Shown here: piece by piece, positions 9,353 to 19,538 of the stretch
Layout of the letters: every line of letters starts with the position of its first letter
Numbering within the stretch: the first letter of the stretch is position 1
NCBI GenBank assembly: GCA_965223845.1
Contig: CBDCXR010000004.1
Coordinates: 5,856,001-5,920,000, forward strand
Direction of reading: 5' to 3'
Origin: Planctomycetota bacterium
GTDB lineage: Bacteria; Planctomycetota; UBA8108; SXIK01
DNA length: 64,000 bases
Program-made: the position numbers and the translations under genes
The notes under the pieces: model-generated
The model's input: only the letters and a program-made list of their open reading frames with translations
Told to the model about the DNA's origin: nothing
Databases searched by the model: none

Positions 9353-11140
9353 CTAAAAATTGAGCAAATCGGAATCGTCCGCGGCGTCTTCGGACTCCAG
9401 CTCGACGGGATCCGAATCCGCGTCATTCGCCGGTTCCGGCTCGTTCTCGACCGGCTCGTCGAAATCCGCCGCGGGAGGATCCACGTCGTCGCCGAGGTCA
9501 GGGGCGGGTAGGGGTGGAGCGGGCTCTGCGGGGACTCCGAGTAGAGGAGCGGGCTCACTCACTGGCTCGGGATCCGCGTCCGGGACGACCGGCCGACTCG
9601 GCGGCAGTGCGGGCAAGCTCTCCGGCACCGGAATCGGCCGCGACTCGTTGCGAGTCCTGCCGCGGGAAGGAGCTCGAATCGGCGCGGGCCGCTCGCCGGG
9701 GATCCGCGGCGCTAGACCGGACTCCCCGACACCGGTGCTCCTCTGGACCGGGAGGGCGAGTTTCGAGGGAGTTCTCGAAGTGTGTCGAGATCGAGGCACG
9801 GCCGGCAGCCGTCTCCGCGCGTCGGACGATTTCGTCGAGAGCGCTCGCTCTACGAGGCGTCGGATCTCCGTGAGCTCGCGCCGGATCGAGCTCACTTCGA
9901 TCCAGATCTGTTCGATGTCACCACCTCGCGCGCGCCGCGCTCTCGTCGCGCTCGGACGCGCGACCGAGCGCGGCTCGTCCGGTCCGCTCTCTACCGATCT
10001 CGTCGAGCGCCGACGGCGACTGCGCGAGGTTCTCGGCTCTGCGTCGCTGCTCCGTCGCACCGAGCGCGTCGTTCCACTCGAGCGTCGGGCTCCGGACTGG
10101 TTGTTCGAAGATCGGATTCCCGAGCCCGCCAGCTCGGCTTTTTTCGCCTGCATCTGGGAGATCGCGGCCTGGAGCGCTTCGACCTGCTTCCGGAGTACCT
10201 GGATCTGATTCTCCTTGAACTGGAGCTCTCGCTTGTGCCGTACGCTGTCCTTGTTCACAGAGTCCGGACTCGCTTCGTCGTGGCCTTGTCCGGCGTAGAC
10301 GCCGTCGCTCGCGATGTTCCCCTCAACGACGTAGGTCCTTCTCTTATCCGAGTACTCGTCGCGCCTCGACTCCTTCTTGCCTTGGGTCCTTCCCTTTTTC
10401 TTCGAAGTCTCGCCCACGAGGCCGCTCACTCGAGAGCCGTCCGGCGCCAGCACCTCGATGAGCTTGCCGCCCTTCCCGAGATCGGTCACTTCCAAGAGCT
10501 TTCCTTCGAACGTGAACACGTCCCCGTCCTCGGTGTCGAACCGATAGAGCGTCCGTACCCGATCGTCTCCATCGGTGGGGACCAAGTTGAGGTTCTGTGC
10601 CTCGTTGCCGAAGAGGTCGAGCTCGACGAAGTCTCCGTCCGCCGTCGTCACGACCCTGAGGAGCTTGGTCTTTTCTTTGTTCGCCTTCGCTTTTCCCACC
10701 GTCTTCACGGGCTCGGTGAGACGAACCGTTTTTCCTTCCTCTGTGACGAGCAAACGAAAGTCGTTTCCTCCGTCTGGATTCGGCCCGACGAGGACGTTGT
10801 TCCCGTCGGTGACCGTGACGGTTTCGCCGATCCGGATCGTCTTTCCATCCTGGGTAATGAGGAGCCTGAAGTCGCCTCCTCCGTCGGGATCCGAGCCGAC
10901 GACGACGTTGTTTCCGTCGGTGACCGTGACGCTATCTCCGACGAGGACCGACTTTCCGTCGGTCGTGACGCTCAACGGAAAATCGTATCCTTCGAGTGGA
11001 TCGGAAGTGGCGGTGAGCGCGCCCTCCTCGGTTCCCGTTTCGGCTTCGACGACATCATCTCCGTCGGCGGCCAAACGCCCCGCGGTGACGATTCCCGCAA
11101 GCGCGGCAACGCAGAGAATTCGCTGGTGTAGACGACTCAT
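9353..11140 (-). CDS. Secreted hypothetical protein (N-terminal beta repeats, coiled coil, Pro/acidic disordered tail)
   Basis: Signal peptide MSRLHQRILCVAALAGIVTAGRLAA; ~37-aa internal repeat; coiled coil QIQVLRKQVEALQAAISQMQAKK; third gene of the ECF operon, with 4-bp overlap. Confidence 0.7.
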   Translation of the reverse strand: MSRLHQRILCVAALAGIVTAGRLAADGDDVVEAETGTEEGALTATSDPLEGYDFPLSVTTDGKSVLVGDSVTVTDGNNVVVGSDPDGGGDFRLLITQDGKTIRIGETVTVTDGNNVLVGPNPDGGNDFRLLVTEEGKTVRLTEPVKTVGKAKANKEKTKLLRVVTTADGDFVELDLFGNEAQNLNLVPTDGDDRVRTLYRFDTEDGDVFTFEGKLLEVTDLGKGGKLIEVLAPDGSRVSGLVGETSKKKGRTQGKKESRRDEYSDKRRTYVVEGNIASDGVYAGQGHDEASPDSVNKDSVRHKRELQFKENQIQVLRKQVEALQAAISQMQAKKAELAGSGIRSSNNQSGARRSSGTTRSVRRSSDAEPRTSRSRRRRSTRSVESGPDEPRSVARPSATRARRARGGDIEQIWIEVSSIRRELTEIRRLVERALSTKSSDARRRLPAVPRSRHTSRTPSKLALPVQRSTGVGESGLAPRIPGERPAPIRAPSRGRTRNESRPIPVPESLPALPPSRPVVPDADPEPVSEPAPLLGVPAEPAPPLPAPDLGDDVDPPAADFDEPVENEPEPANDADSDPVELESEDAADDSDLLNF

Positions 11141-11835
11141 CCTCGGCTCCTTTCCGAGAGAGGTGGATTGTTCGGGCTCGGACTCTCTTCGATTTCGAGA
11201 CGCTCGCTCCCCGGAGACGACTCGACGCGGCGTTCGAGGGAATTGATCCGTTCCCGCGTGGACTGAATTCGCGCGCGGATTTCCGTGCGCTCGATCGCGT
11301 CTTTGGGAAGCTGTTCGCTGAGGTCGAGAAGCTCGCGCAGGTCGCCGCGGAGCGCATCGACTTCGAGGCGGATGACCGCTCGATCCTCCGGGTCGAGACG
11401 GTCGGGTGAGGGGAGCGGCTCGACCACAGCCGCTCCTTCGCGCGTCACCGAGACGTCGTCGAACGCGTCGGCGCGCGACGAGTCAACATGCGGTGCACCG
11501 GGCTGCAGGGGCGCGGTCGTGCCGGAAGACGCGCTGTCCTGCGCGACCGGTGGAGCGTCGTCGCTACGGTGATCCGCTCCCCCGCCGTCGAGCGCGAGCA
11601 TCGCGGCAACGAGTACTCCCGCGGCGAGGCCGGCTGCCGCGAGCACGCCGCGTCGACCGCGACGGCGCTCCGCCGACGACTGGACCCTCGCGACGGCGAG
11701 GACGCGCGTGCGAACCTCACCGGACGGCTCCTCGAGCTCGAGTCCCGAGCGCCGCCAGCCGGCGAGAAGATCGAGCGTCGGCTCGCTCGGCTCGCCGGAT
11801 TCGTCGAAAAGATGGTCGATGCGCTCACGCGTCAT
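11137..11835 (-). CDS. Putative membrane anti-sigma factor
   Basis: Follows the ECF sigma; GAAAGGAG RBS before ATG 11835; EEPSGEVRTRVLA...RRRGRRG-VLAAAGLAAGVLVAAMLAL (TM), then a coiled coil. Confidence 0.7.
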   Translation of the reverse strand: MTRERIDHLFDESGEPSEPTLDLLAGWRRSGLELEEPSGEVRTRVLAVARVQSSAERRRGRRGVLAAAGLAAGVLVAAMLALDGGGADHRSDDAPPVAQDSASSGTTAPLQPGAPHVDSSRADAFDDVSVTREGAAVVEPLPSPDRLDPEDRAVIRLEVDALRGDLRELLDLSEQLPKDAIERTEIRARIQSTRERINSLERRVESSPGSERLEIEESPSPNNPPLSERSRG

Positions 11836-12385
11836 GACCGCTCCTTTCACTCCATCCGCCTTGAAGAAGAGATTGCCGTAGCTTCTGCGCGGCGTAACGA
11901 CAGCGCGAGACGACGGTCGACTCGGGCACGTCGAGAAACGCCGCGACCTCGGCGTAGGTCATGCCCACGAGCTCGCGGAGAACGATCGCCTCGCGCTGCG
12001 CGTCGGGAAGCTCGTGGAGTGCCCGGCTCAGCTCGTCCGCATCGAGTGCGCAGCTCGGCTCGGCGCTCGCCGATCGGCGAAAGAGAGGGTCTTCACCGAG
12101 GAGCGTGATCGCGCTGGCGCGTCGTCGTTCGCGGCGCTGGTGGTCTCGCGCGGCGTTGCGAGCGATCGTGAGAAGGTAGGGTTTCATGTTCGGCTTAAGT
12201 TGGATCCGCTTCACACTCCGTACGATCGCCACGAACGTTTCTTGCAGCAGCTCTTCGGCCGTCTCGCGCCGTCCGACGAGGGCGACGAGATAGACATAGA
12301 GCTCCCGCCGGTAGCGGTCGTAAAACTCGGCGAACGCGCGCTCGGAGCCGCGGGCGTAGGCCTCGAGAAGATCTCGGTCCGTCAT
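11825..12385 (-). CDS. ECF RNA polymerase sigma-70 factor
   Basis: TDRDLLEAYARGSERAFAEFYDRY, AEELLQETF, YLLTIARNAARD, LHELPDAQREAIVL...TYAEVA..LDVPESTVVSR. Confidence 0.92.
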   Translation of the reverse strand: MTDRDLLEAYARGSERAFAEFYDRYRRELYVYLVALVGRRETAEELLQETFVAIVRSVKRIQLKPNMKPYLLTIARNAARDHQRRERRRASAITLLGEDPLFRRSASAEPSCALDADELSRALHELPDAQREAIVLRELVGMTYAEVAAFLDVPESTVVSRCRYAAQKLRQSLLQGGWSERSGHDA

Positions 12386-12518
12386 AGGTTGAGTCGACTC
12401 GGAGGAAATCCCTTTGGGATCCAACTGGATAAACGCTCCGGGGACGCGGATTCTTTCAACCGATCTGGAAAAAATGAGCTCGAACCCACTCGAAGTGTAC
12501 GGCCCTTAGGAGTTTCCC

Positions 12519-14555
12519 GTGAAAACGATCACTTTCCTCGCCGTGGTTGCTTCTGTTCCGCTCCTCGCGCAGTCGACCGCCGAGCCGTACGAGCTCGGCC
12601 CCGACTCGGAGCGACGACAGGGCGTCCCCCGCGGGGAGGTGAGCCGGCACGTCTGGGAGAGCGAGGTCTTTCCGGGCACTGTGCGCGAGTACTCCCTCTA
12701 CGTACCCGAGCAGTACGACGGGGAGCGCGCGGCCTGCGTTATGGTGTTTCAGGATGGGCACGCCTACGTGAGCGAGACCGGCCAATTCCGTGTCCCCATC
12801 GTCTTTGACAACTTGATTCACCGCGGTGAGATGCCGATCACGATCGGGATTTTCATCAATCCCGGCCATCACGCGAAAGCGTCGGCGACGGGCGGCGATC
12901 GATTCCCGGAGAATCGCTGGCGATCGAGCAATCGATCCTTCGAGTACGATCGGCTCTCCGACCAGTACTCGCGCTTCCTTCTCGAAGAGATCCTTCCCGC
13001 CGTCGGCGAGAAGTACAAACTGCGCACCGATCCGCGCGGCCGAGCGATCTGCGGGATCAGCTCCGGCGGCATCTGCGCGTTCACTGCGGCGTGGGAGAGA
13101 CCCGAAGAGTTTCACAAGGTGCTGAGTCACGTCGGGAGCTTCACCAACATCCGCGGCGGCCACAACTATCCAGCGATCATTCGAAAAACGAAACCGGCGA
13201 AGCCGATCCGGGTCTTCCTTCAGGGCGGGGAGAAGGACCTCAACAACTCCCACGGGAATTGGTGGCTGGCGAACCTCCAAATGGAGAGTGCGCTCCGCTT
13301 CGCCGGATACGAAACGAAGTTCGTCGGCGGAGTCGGCGGACACAACGGGATCCACGGCGGCGCGATCCTGCCCGATTCGCTCCGTTGGTTGTGGCGAGAC
13401 GAGGTCGCGACGGTACCTGCAGCTGCGGCTCGACTTTCACCGGAGAAGCTTGCCGGGATCGATCCTGCGGTCGAAGCCCTCATCGATGAGGGACGCTACA
13501 AGGGTGCGATCACGGTAGTCGCGCGCGGCGGCAAGATCGCGCACTTTCGGGCGTTCGGTGACCTGCGATCGGACTCGATCCTGCGCATCTACTCGATGAC
13601 GAAGCCGATCGTGAGCGTCGCCGTGATGATGCTCGTAGAGGCGGGAAAGGTCGCGATCGACGATCCGGTCGCGAACTACCTTCCGGAGTTTGCGCGAGTC
13701 CGCGTCTTCGAGAGCGGCGAGCGTGTCTCGCCCCGTCGCCCTCCGACCGTACGCGATCTCCTCCGTCACACGGCCGGTCTCACCTACGGTTCATTCAGCG
13801 ACTCGCCGGTCGACAAGCTCTATCGCGAAGCGGATCTCCTCCGGCGCGATCATACGATCGAGAGCATGGTGTCCGAGCTCTGCGAGCTGCCGCTCCTCTA
13901 TCATCCGGGTGAACGCTGGCACTACTCGGTCAGCGTCGACGTCCTCGGCGCCGTCGTCGAGGCCGCTTCCGGCGAGGCGCTCGATGGTTTCCTTCGCACG
14001 CGGATCTTCGAGCCCCTCGGCATGCGGGACACTGGCTTCGCGGTGTCGGAAGCTCAGCGGTCGCGCTTCGCGACCAACTACGGGCCTGAGCACGACGGAA
14101 GCGGACTCCGCGTGATCGACGATCCGGCGCAGAGCCGCTATCTCACGACTCCGAAGTTTCTCTCCGGCGGTGGTGGACTCGTCTCGACGGCGGACGATTA
14201 CCTCAAGTTCGCGCTCGTGCTCGCTGGTGGCGGCGAATGGGGCGGGGTGCGACTTCTCGAAACGGCGACGGTCGCCGAAATGACACGAAATCAACTTTCC
14301 GAGAGTCTGCTTCCCATCGCGATCGGATCTCCGCGTCCCGGGACGGGGTTCGGTCTCGGCGTCTCGGTCCGCGTCGCGGAAGAACCGCGGGCGCGCCGCG
14401 GCGAGTACGGTTGGGGAGGGCTGGCGAGCACTCAGTTCTGGGTGTCGCCGGAGACTGGCCTCGTCGTCCTCACGCTCGCGCAGCACATTCCGTACACCGA
14501 TACGATCCAGCGTCGCGTCCTTCCGATCGTGTACGACGCGGTGGCCGAAAACTGA
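12519..14555 (+). CDS. Fusion of an enterochelin-esterase-like alpha/beta hydrolase and a beta-lactamase-family serine hydrolase
   Basis: Signal peptide; MVFQDG, nucleophile elbow GISSGG, GGHNG; then SxxK (YSMTKP), LLRHTAGL, PGERWHYS, GGGGLVST, YGWGG. Confidence 0.85.
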   Translation: MKTITFLAVVASVPLLAQSTAEPYELGPDSERRQGVPRGEVSRHVWESEVFPGTVREYSLYVPEQYDGERAACVMVFQDGHAYVSETGQFRVPIVFDNLIHRGEMPITIGIFINPGHHAKASATGGDRFPENRWRSSNRSFEYDRLSDQYSRFLLEEILPAVGEKYKLRTDPRGRAICGISSGGICAFTAAWERPEEFHKVLSHVGSFTNIRGGHNYPAIIRKTKPAKPIRVFLQGGEKDLNNSHGNWWLANLQMESALRFAGYETKFVGGVGGHNGIHGGAILPDSLRWLWRDEVATVPAAAARLSPEKLAGIDPAVEALIDEGRYKGAITVVARGGKIAHFRAFGDLRSDSILRIYSMTKPIVSVAVMMLVEAGKVAIDDPVANYLPEFARVRVFESGERVSPRRPPTVRDLLRHTAGLTYGSFSDSPVDKLYREADLLRRDHTIESMVSELCELPLLYHPGERWHYSVSVDVLGAVVEAASGEALDGFLRTRIFEPLGMRDTGFAVSEAQRSRFATNYGPEHDGSGLRVIDDPAQSRYLTTPKFLSGGGGLVSTADDYLKFALVLAGGGEWGGVRLLETATVAEMTRNQLSESLLPIAIGSPRPGTGFGLGVSVRVAEEPRARRGEYGWGGLASTQFWVSPETGLVVLTLAQHIPYTDTIQRRVLPIVYDAVAEN

Positions 14556-14574
14556 ACCGAGGCACCGGGCGCGC

Positions 14575-17500
14575 TCACTCGCACGGCGGAAAGAACTCGC
14601 ACTCGAGCTCGTCCGCGGTCGGGTCGAATCCGCAGAAGGGATAGAACGGCGCCGGCGGTGCGGATCCGGCCATGAACGAGTAGCCGAGCGTCCACATCAC
14701 GTCGGAGATGTCGACCTCGCCGTCGTCGTTCGCGTCGGCGGCATCCATGCACTTCGGTGGGCGTCCGTCGACGAAGAGGAAGAGCACGGTCCAGATCGGA
14801 TCGGCGATGTCGAGGAGCGAGTCCGAATTCGCATCGCCGCGGACGAACGCGCGCTCGCCGCGCTCGATCGTAACCTGGAACGTACACGTCGACTCGTTCC
14901 CTGCGGCGTCGCGCGCGCGGCAAGTGATCGTGTGCTCGCCGAGCGTGAGGCGACTTCCCGATGGCGGATTGCAGTCGATGAACACCTCGTCGTCGCCCGC
15001 GCAGAGATCCGTCGCGGTCGGGGCATTGAAGGTGACGATCGTCGTACAGGGAATCGGTCCGCGCTCGTTCGTCGGCGGCCAGCCCGGCGGCTTCTGCGCT
15101 TCTTCGCCCACGGAATCGCATTCGAGGAAGAGATCGACGAGGTCGTCGCAGAGAATCTCGGGTGCCGTGCGATCGATGACGGTCACGGTGAATGAGCACT
15201 CGGCTTCGTTCCCTTCGGCGTCCGTCGCCACGCAGGTCACGGTCGTCTGGCCGACCGGAAAGAGGCTTCCCGAGGCCGGAGTGCACACGACCGCGACGTC
15301 GGGATCGCAGGCGTCTTCCGCGGCGACGTCAAAGTCGACGACCGCACCTTCCCCCGAGGTACACTCCGTGACGATCGGCTCGGGACAAGTGAGCGCGGGC
15401 GGCGTGGTATCGACGACGTTCACGACGAACGAGCATTGCGTCGAATTGCCCGAGCTGTCGGTCGAGGTGCAGACGACCTCGGTCTCGCCGAGCGGGAAGA
15501 TTGTCCCCGAGGGCGGAACGCATTCGACCGGAGGTTGGCCGTCGCACGCGTCATTGCTCACCGGGAGGTCGTACTCGACGAGCGCGCCGCCCTCGCGGTC
15601 GCACTGAACCATCATCGTCGGTGGACAGATGAGCTCGGGCGCGACCTCGTCGACGACCGTGATCGTGAACTCGCAGCTCGCCGAGTTCCCGGACGCGTCG
15701 GTTGCGGTACACGTAACGACGTGCGATCCCGGCGGAAGGACACTCCCCGAGGGAGGATCGCACTCGACGACGGGACGCGGATCGCAGTCGTCGGCGGCTG
15801 CCGGCAGCGGAAACTCGACGACCGAGCCTCCGTCCTCGGTGCAGGAGCGCTCGAACCCTTCAGGACATTCGATCGTCGGCGGCGTGTTGTCGAACACGGT
15901 GACGCTAAAGGAGCACATCGACTCGTTCCCGAGATTGTCGGTCGCAGTGCACTCAACGACCGTGACGCCGAGCGGGAAGAGACTCCCCGACGGAGGCACG
16001 CATTCGACGACGGGGTTCGGATCGCCGGAGTCCGACGCGGTGACGTCGAAGCTGACGACCGCGCCGTCGGCCGATGTGCAGTGCGCCTCGATGTCGCTCG
16101 GGCACTCGATCATCGGCGGGCCGGAGTCGGTCACGATGACGTTAAACGAGCATTCGATGACGTTTCCGCCTTGATCGTCGGCGGTGCAGGTGACGACCGT
16201 CGTCCCGATCGGAAACATGCTCCCCGACGGGGGAAGGCACGAGAGGTTCGGGGCGGGATCGCAGTTGTCGTTCGTCACTGGCGTCGTGTACTCGACCACC
16301 GCGCCTTCGGGACTCGTCGCTTCGGTCGTGATGTCGCCGACGCAGAGGAGCTCCGGCACTTCCACGTCGACGACCTCGATGTCGAACGTGCACTCCGAGG
16401 CGTTTCCGCTCGCATCGGTCGCCGTGCACGTGACGCTGTTTACGCCGAGAGGGATGACCGCGCCGCTCGGCGGGTCGCACACGAGGACCGGATCGGCGTC
16501 GCATGCATCGAAGACGACGGGAAGCGGATACTGCACTTTGCCACCGTCGTCGCATTCGACGACGATCGCTTCGGGCGGGCAGACGATCATCGGCGGAGTT
16601 CGGTCGACGACGGTGACGTCGAACGAACATTCCGCTGAGTTTCCGGCCGCATCGGTCGCGGTACAGACGACGGTCGTCACTCCGACGTCGAAGTTTGAAC
16701 CGGACGGAGGGTCGCAGGTGGCAGTCACGGAAGTGTCACACTGGTCCACGGCGCTGACCTCGAACATGACGACCGATCCTTCGGCCGATTCGCACTCGTA
16801 CGTGAAGCTCTCGGGGCAATGGATGGCGGGCGGAAGCGTATCGACGACGGAGACGGAGAACTCGCTCTCGCTTTCGTTCCCGAACTGATCGGTCGCGCGG
16901 CAGGTCACCACCGTGACGCCCGGTAGAAACACCGATCCGCGCGGAGGGTCGCATTCGACCGCGGGTGATGGGTCGCACGCGTCGACGGCCGTTACCGAGA
17001 AGTCGACGGGAGTTCCGCCCGGACCCGCGCACTCGACGATGAGGTCGGCGGGCGCGACGATCTGCGGCGGCGAGAGATCGTCGACCGTCACCGAGAACTC
17101 GCAACTCATCTCGTTTCCGCTCGAGTCCGTCGCCGTGCAGGTGACGAGCGTCGTTCCCATCGGGAAGAACGAGCCCGACGGCGGATCGCACGCGATGGTG
17201 ACGTCGCCGTCGCACTCACCGACGACCACGGGTGCGGGGTAGTCGACGGTGGCGCCGTCGACGCTGTCGCAGTCGACGAGGACATCTTCAAGGCAAACGA
17301 TAGCCGGAGGTGCTTCGTCGACGACGACCACCTCGAATGAGCACTCGGACGAATTCCCCGAGGAGTCGGTCGCGGTGCAAGTCACGGTCGTCGTTCCGGG
17401 CTGGAACGCGCTTCCCGATGGTGGCTCACAGACGATCGTCACTCCGCCGTCCCCGCAGGCGTCGGTCGCCATCGGAGACGGAAACTCGACCTCGACGCCG

Positions 17501-19308
17501 CCTCCGACGGGGCCATCGGCGCTGCAGGAAACTTCGATCGGCCCCTGCGGACAGGTGATCCGCGGCGGGGTCGTATCGCGCACGACAACCGAGAATTCGC
17601 ATTCGGCGCTGTTTCCCGCCTCGTCGGTCGCGACGCAGCGGACGATCGTCTCGCCGAGCGGGAACGCGCTTCCGGACGGCGGGTCGCAAACGACGTCGAC
17701 ATCGGGGTCGCAGCGATCGGAAGCGACCGATCGAAAAAAGACCGGCGTGCCGTTCTCCGATGTGCACTCGACCGTGATGTCGCTTGGGCAAACGACGGCG
17801 GGCGGCGTCGTATCGACGATGTTGACGACGAACTCGCACTGATACATGTCGCCGGCGTCCGTCGTCGCCGTGCAGCGAACGGTGGTTTCGCCGAGGGGAA
17901 AGAGGCTTCCGGACGGCGGATCGCACTCGACGGTCGCCGGCGTCTCGCAGGAGAGACTGAGCATCGGAAGCGGAAACTCGACGGTCGCGCCGCCCGGCTC
18001 CGTCGCTTCGGCGGTGACGTCACCGGCGCAGTAGAGTAGCGGTTCGGCGTCGGCGACGACCTCGACCACAAACGTCGCCTCGGAGGAGTTGCCCGAATCG
18101 TCGCTCGCGACGCAGGTGACGGTGGTCGCGCCGACTGGAAAGACACTTCCGCTCGGCGGGTCGCAAATGATCTCGACGTCGCGATCGCAGATATCGGTCG
18201 CGACCGGCGCGGGATAGTTGACGACGGCGTCATCACCGCCCGCGCAGTCGACGACGATGCGCTCGGCCGGAACGCTGAGCGCCGGAGGAGTCGTATCGAC
18301 GACTTCGACCTCGAACGAGCAGCACTCCTTGTTCCCTTGAAGATCGATCACCTGGCATCGCACCGTCCGGCGACCGAGCGGAAGGATCGTTCCCGGCGGC
18401 GGAAAGCAGATCACCTTCGGGTTCGGATCACAGTCGTCCTCGGCGTGAACGTCGTAGACGATCGCGGCGCCTTCGGGGCACTGGCACTCGAAGGTGAGAA
18501 CGCCTTCGGGGCAGCGAATCGTCGGCGGAGTCGTATCGTCCGGACAGAGCGCGCAATCGCCGGACTCGGGATTCGATCGCCAGACGTCGCGGAGGATGTT
18601 GGCGAGGCGCGCGATCGTGAGCCCGCAGGGATCGCCGCCGCCCGGGCAGCTCGCGAGCTCGCAGAGCGTTTGCGCGGCAGCGAGGAACTCGGAAAGCGGG
18701 GTCGCTTCGGTGACGACGAGCGCGGCATCCGGATCTCCCGCATCCGGATCCGGGACGAAGATCGCGCCGCAGCGAAGGACGACGCGGAAGGGATCGATCC
18801 CGAAACACGAGAGAGTGTTCTCGCTGAGCTTTCCGTCGCCGAAGAGACGCGAGCGGCGGAGGTTGAGCTCCGTCACGAGCGCGTCGGACTTCAGCCAGAC
18901 GCAGGGTTCACCGTCGATCCGATTCGTCCGGAGAATGCGCTGCGCATCCGCGGCAGTCGCGACGACTTCGCCGCACACCGACGGCGGATCGAGTGGATCG
19001 TCCGGCGTCCCGAGCAGCAAGGTCTCGAGCGGATGGTCGTCGAACGACTTGTAGCAGGACCGCGGGTTGGTGCCGTCGTTTGACGGACATGCCCCGGGTC
19101 CACCTCCGTCGCCGGCGTCGAGCGCACCGGCGCCGCCGGCGAGATCGTCGGCCGTCGGACAGCCGAGGTCGATCGGCCCGTCGGCCGAAAGAGGACTCGC
19201 CGCGGAGAACGCGATGGCGGTCATGAGTCCCGCCGCCACTTTCAGAGCGGCCATCCCACGACATCCCCGCACGACGCGCGTCGACGCTTCGTCTCGCATC
19301 ACTCTCAC
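14575..19308 (-). CDS. Large secreted Cys-rich HYR-repeat protein (about 15 HYR domains) with a C-terminal dockerin-like domain
   Basis: About 15 units D..PP.I.CP...C.PPSGS.FP.G.T.V.C.ATD..GN...C.F.V.V; signal peptide (MAALKVAAGL..., possible start 19254); C-terminal FVRGDANSDSLLDIAD...DAADANDDGEVDISD. Confidence 0.9.
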   Translation of the reverse strand: MRVMRDEASTRVVRGCRGMAALKVAAGLMTAIAFSAASPLSADGPIDLGCPTADDLAGGAGALDAGDGGGPGACPSNDGTNPRSCYKSFDDHPLETLLLGTPDDPLDPPSVCGEVVATAADAQRILRTNRIDGEPCVWLKSDALVTELNLRRSRLFGDGKLSENTLSCFGIDPFRVVLRCGAIFVPDPDAGDPDAALVVTEATPLSEFLAAAQTLCELASCPGGGDPCGLTIARLANILRDVWRSNPESGDCALCPDDTTPPTIRCPEGVLTFECQCPEGAAIVYDVHAEDDCDPNPKVICFPPPGTILPLGRRTVRCQVIDLQGNKECCSFEVEVVDTTPPALSVPAERIVVDCAGGDDAVVNYPAPVATDICDRDVEIICDPPSGSVFPVGATTVTCVASDDSGNSSEATFVVEVVADAEPLLYCAGDVTAEATEPGGATVEFPLPMLSLSCETPATVECDPPSGSLFPLGETTVRCTATTDAGDMYQCEFVVNIVDTTPPAVVCPSDITVECTSENGTPVFFRSVASDRCDPDVDVVCDPPSGSAFPLGETIVRCVATDEAGNSAECEFSVVVRDTTPPRITCPQGPIEVSCSADGPVGGGVEVEFPSPMATDACGDGGVTIVCEPPSGSAFQPGTTTVTCTATDSSGNSSECSFEVVVVDEAPPAIVCLEDVLVDCDSVDGATVDYPAPVVVGECDGDVTIACDPPSGSFFPMGTTLVTCTATDSSGNEMSCEFSVTVDDLSPPQIVAPADLIVECAGPGGTPVDFSVTAVDACDPSPAVECDPPRGSVFLPGVTVVTCRATDQFGNESESEFSVSVVDTLPPAIHCPESFTYECESAEGSVVMFEVSAVDQCDTSVTATCDPPSGSNFDVGVTTVVCTATDAAGNSAECSFDVTVVDRTPPMIVCPPEAIVVECDDGGKVQYPLPVVFDACDADPVLVCDPPSGAVIPLGVNSVTCTATDASGNASECTFDIEVVDVEVPELLCVGDITTEATSPEGAVVEYTTPVTNDNCDPAPNLSCLPPSGSMFPIGTTVVTCTADDQGGNVIECSFNVIVTDSGPPMIECPSDIEAHCTSADGAVVSFDVTASDSGDPNPVVECVPPSGSLFPLGVTVVECTATDNLGNESMCSFSVTVFDNTPPTIECPEGFERSCTEDGGSVVEFPLPAAADDCDPRPVVECDPPSGSVLPPGSHVVTCTATDASGNSASCEFTITVVDEVAPELICPPTMMVQCDREGGALVEYDLPVSNDACDGQPPVECVPPSGTIFPLGETEVVCTSTDSSGNSTQCSFVVNVVDTTPPALTCPEPIVTECTSGEGAVVDFDVAAEDACDPDVAVVCTPASGSLFPVGQTTVTCVATDAEGNEAECSFTVTVIDRTAPEILCDDLVDLFLECDSVGEEAQKPPGWPPTNERGPIPCTTIVTFNAPTATDLCAGDDEVFIDCNPPSGSRLTLGEHTITCRARDAAGNESTCTFQVTIERGERAFVRGDANSDSLLDIADPIWTVLFLFVDGRPPKCMDAADANDDGEVDISDVMWTLGYSFMAGSAPPAPFYPFCGFDPTADELECEFFPPCE

Positions 19309-19538
19309 CCTTTCGCGAGTCTCTCGCTCGGCCTCAGCCGATCCGCGCGCGCGGATCAGCGGTACCCGAGCGCCCTATCCTTCGACTCGCAGGATACGGC
19401 CCGCGGCGGGCGCACAACAACCCCGACGCGCAGAGCGGCGCTCGCGGCGACGCGTTCCGGTTCGTCAAACGTTTGGGTTCCGCGCGCCGAGAAACTCGGA
19501 TCCACTCGGCGCGCGTAGCTCGAGATTCAAGCCGGGAG

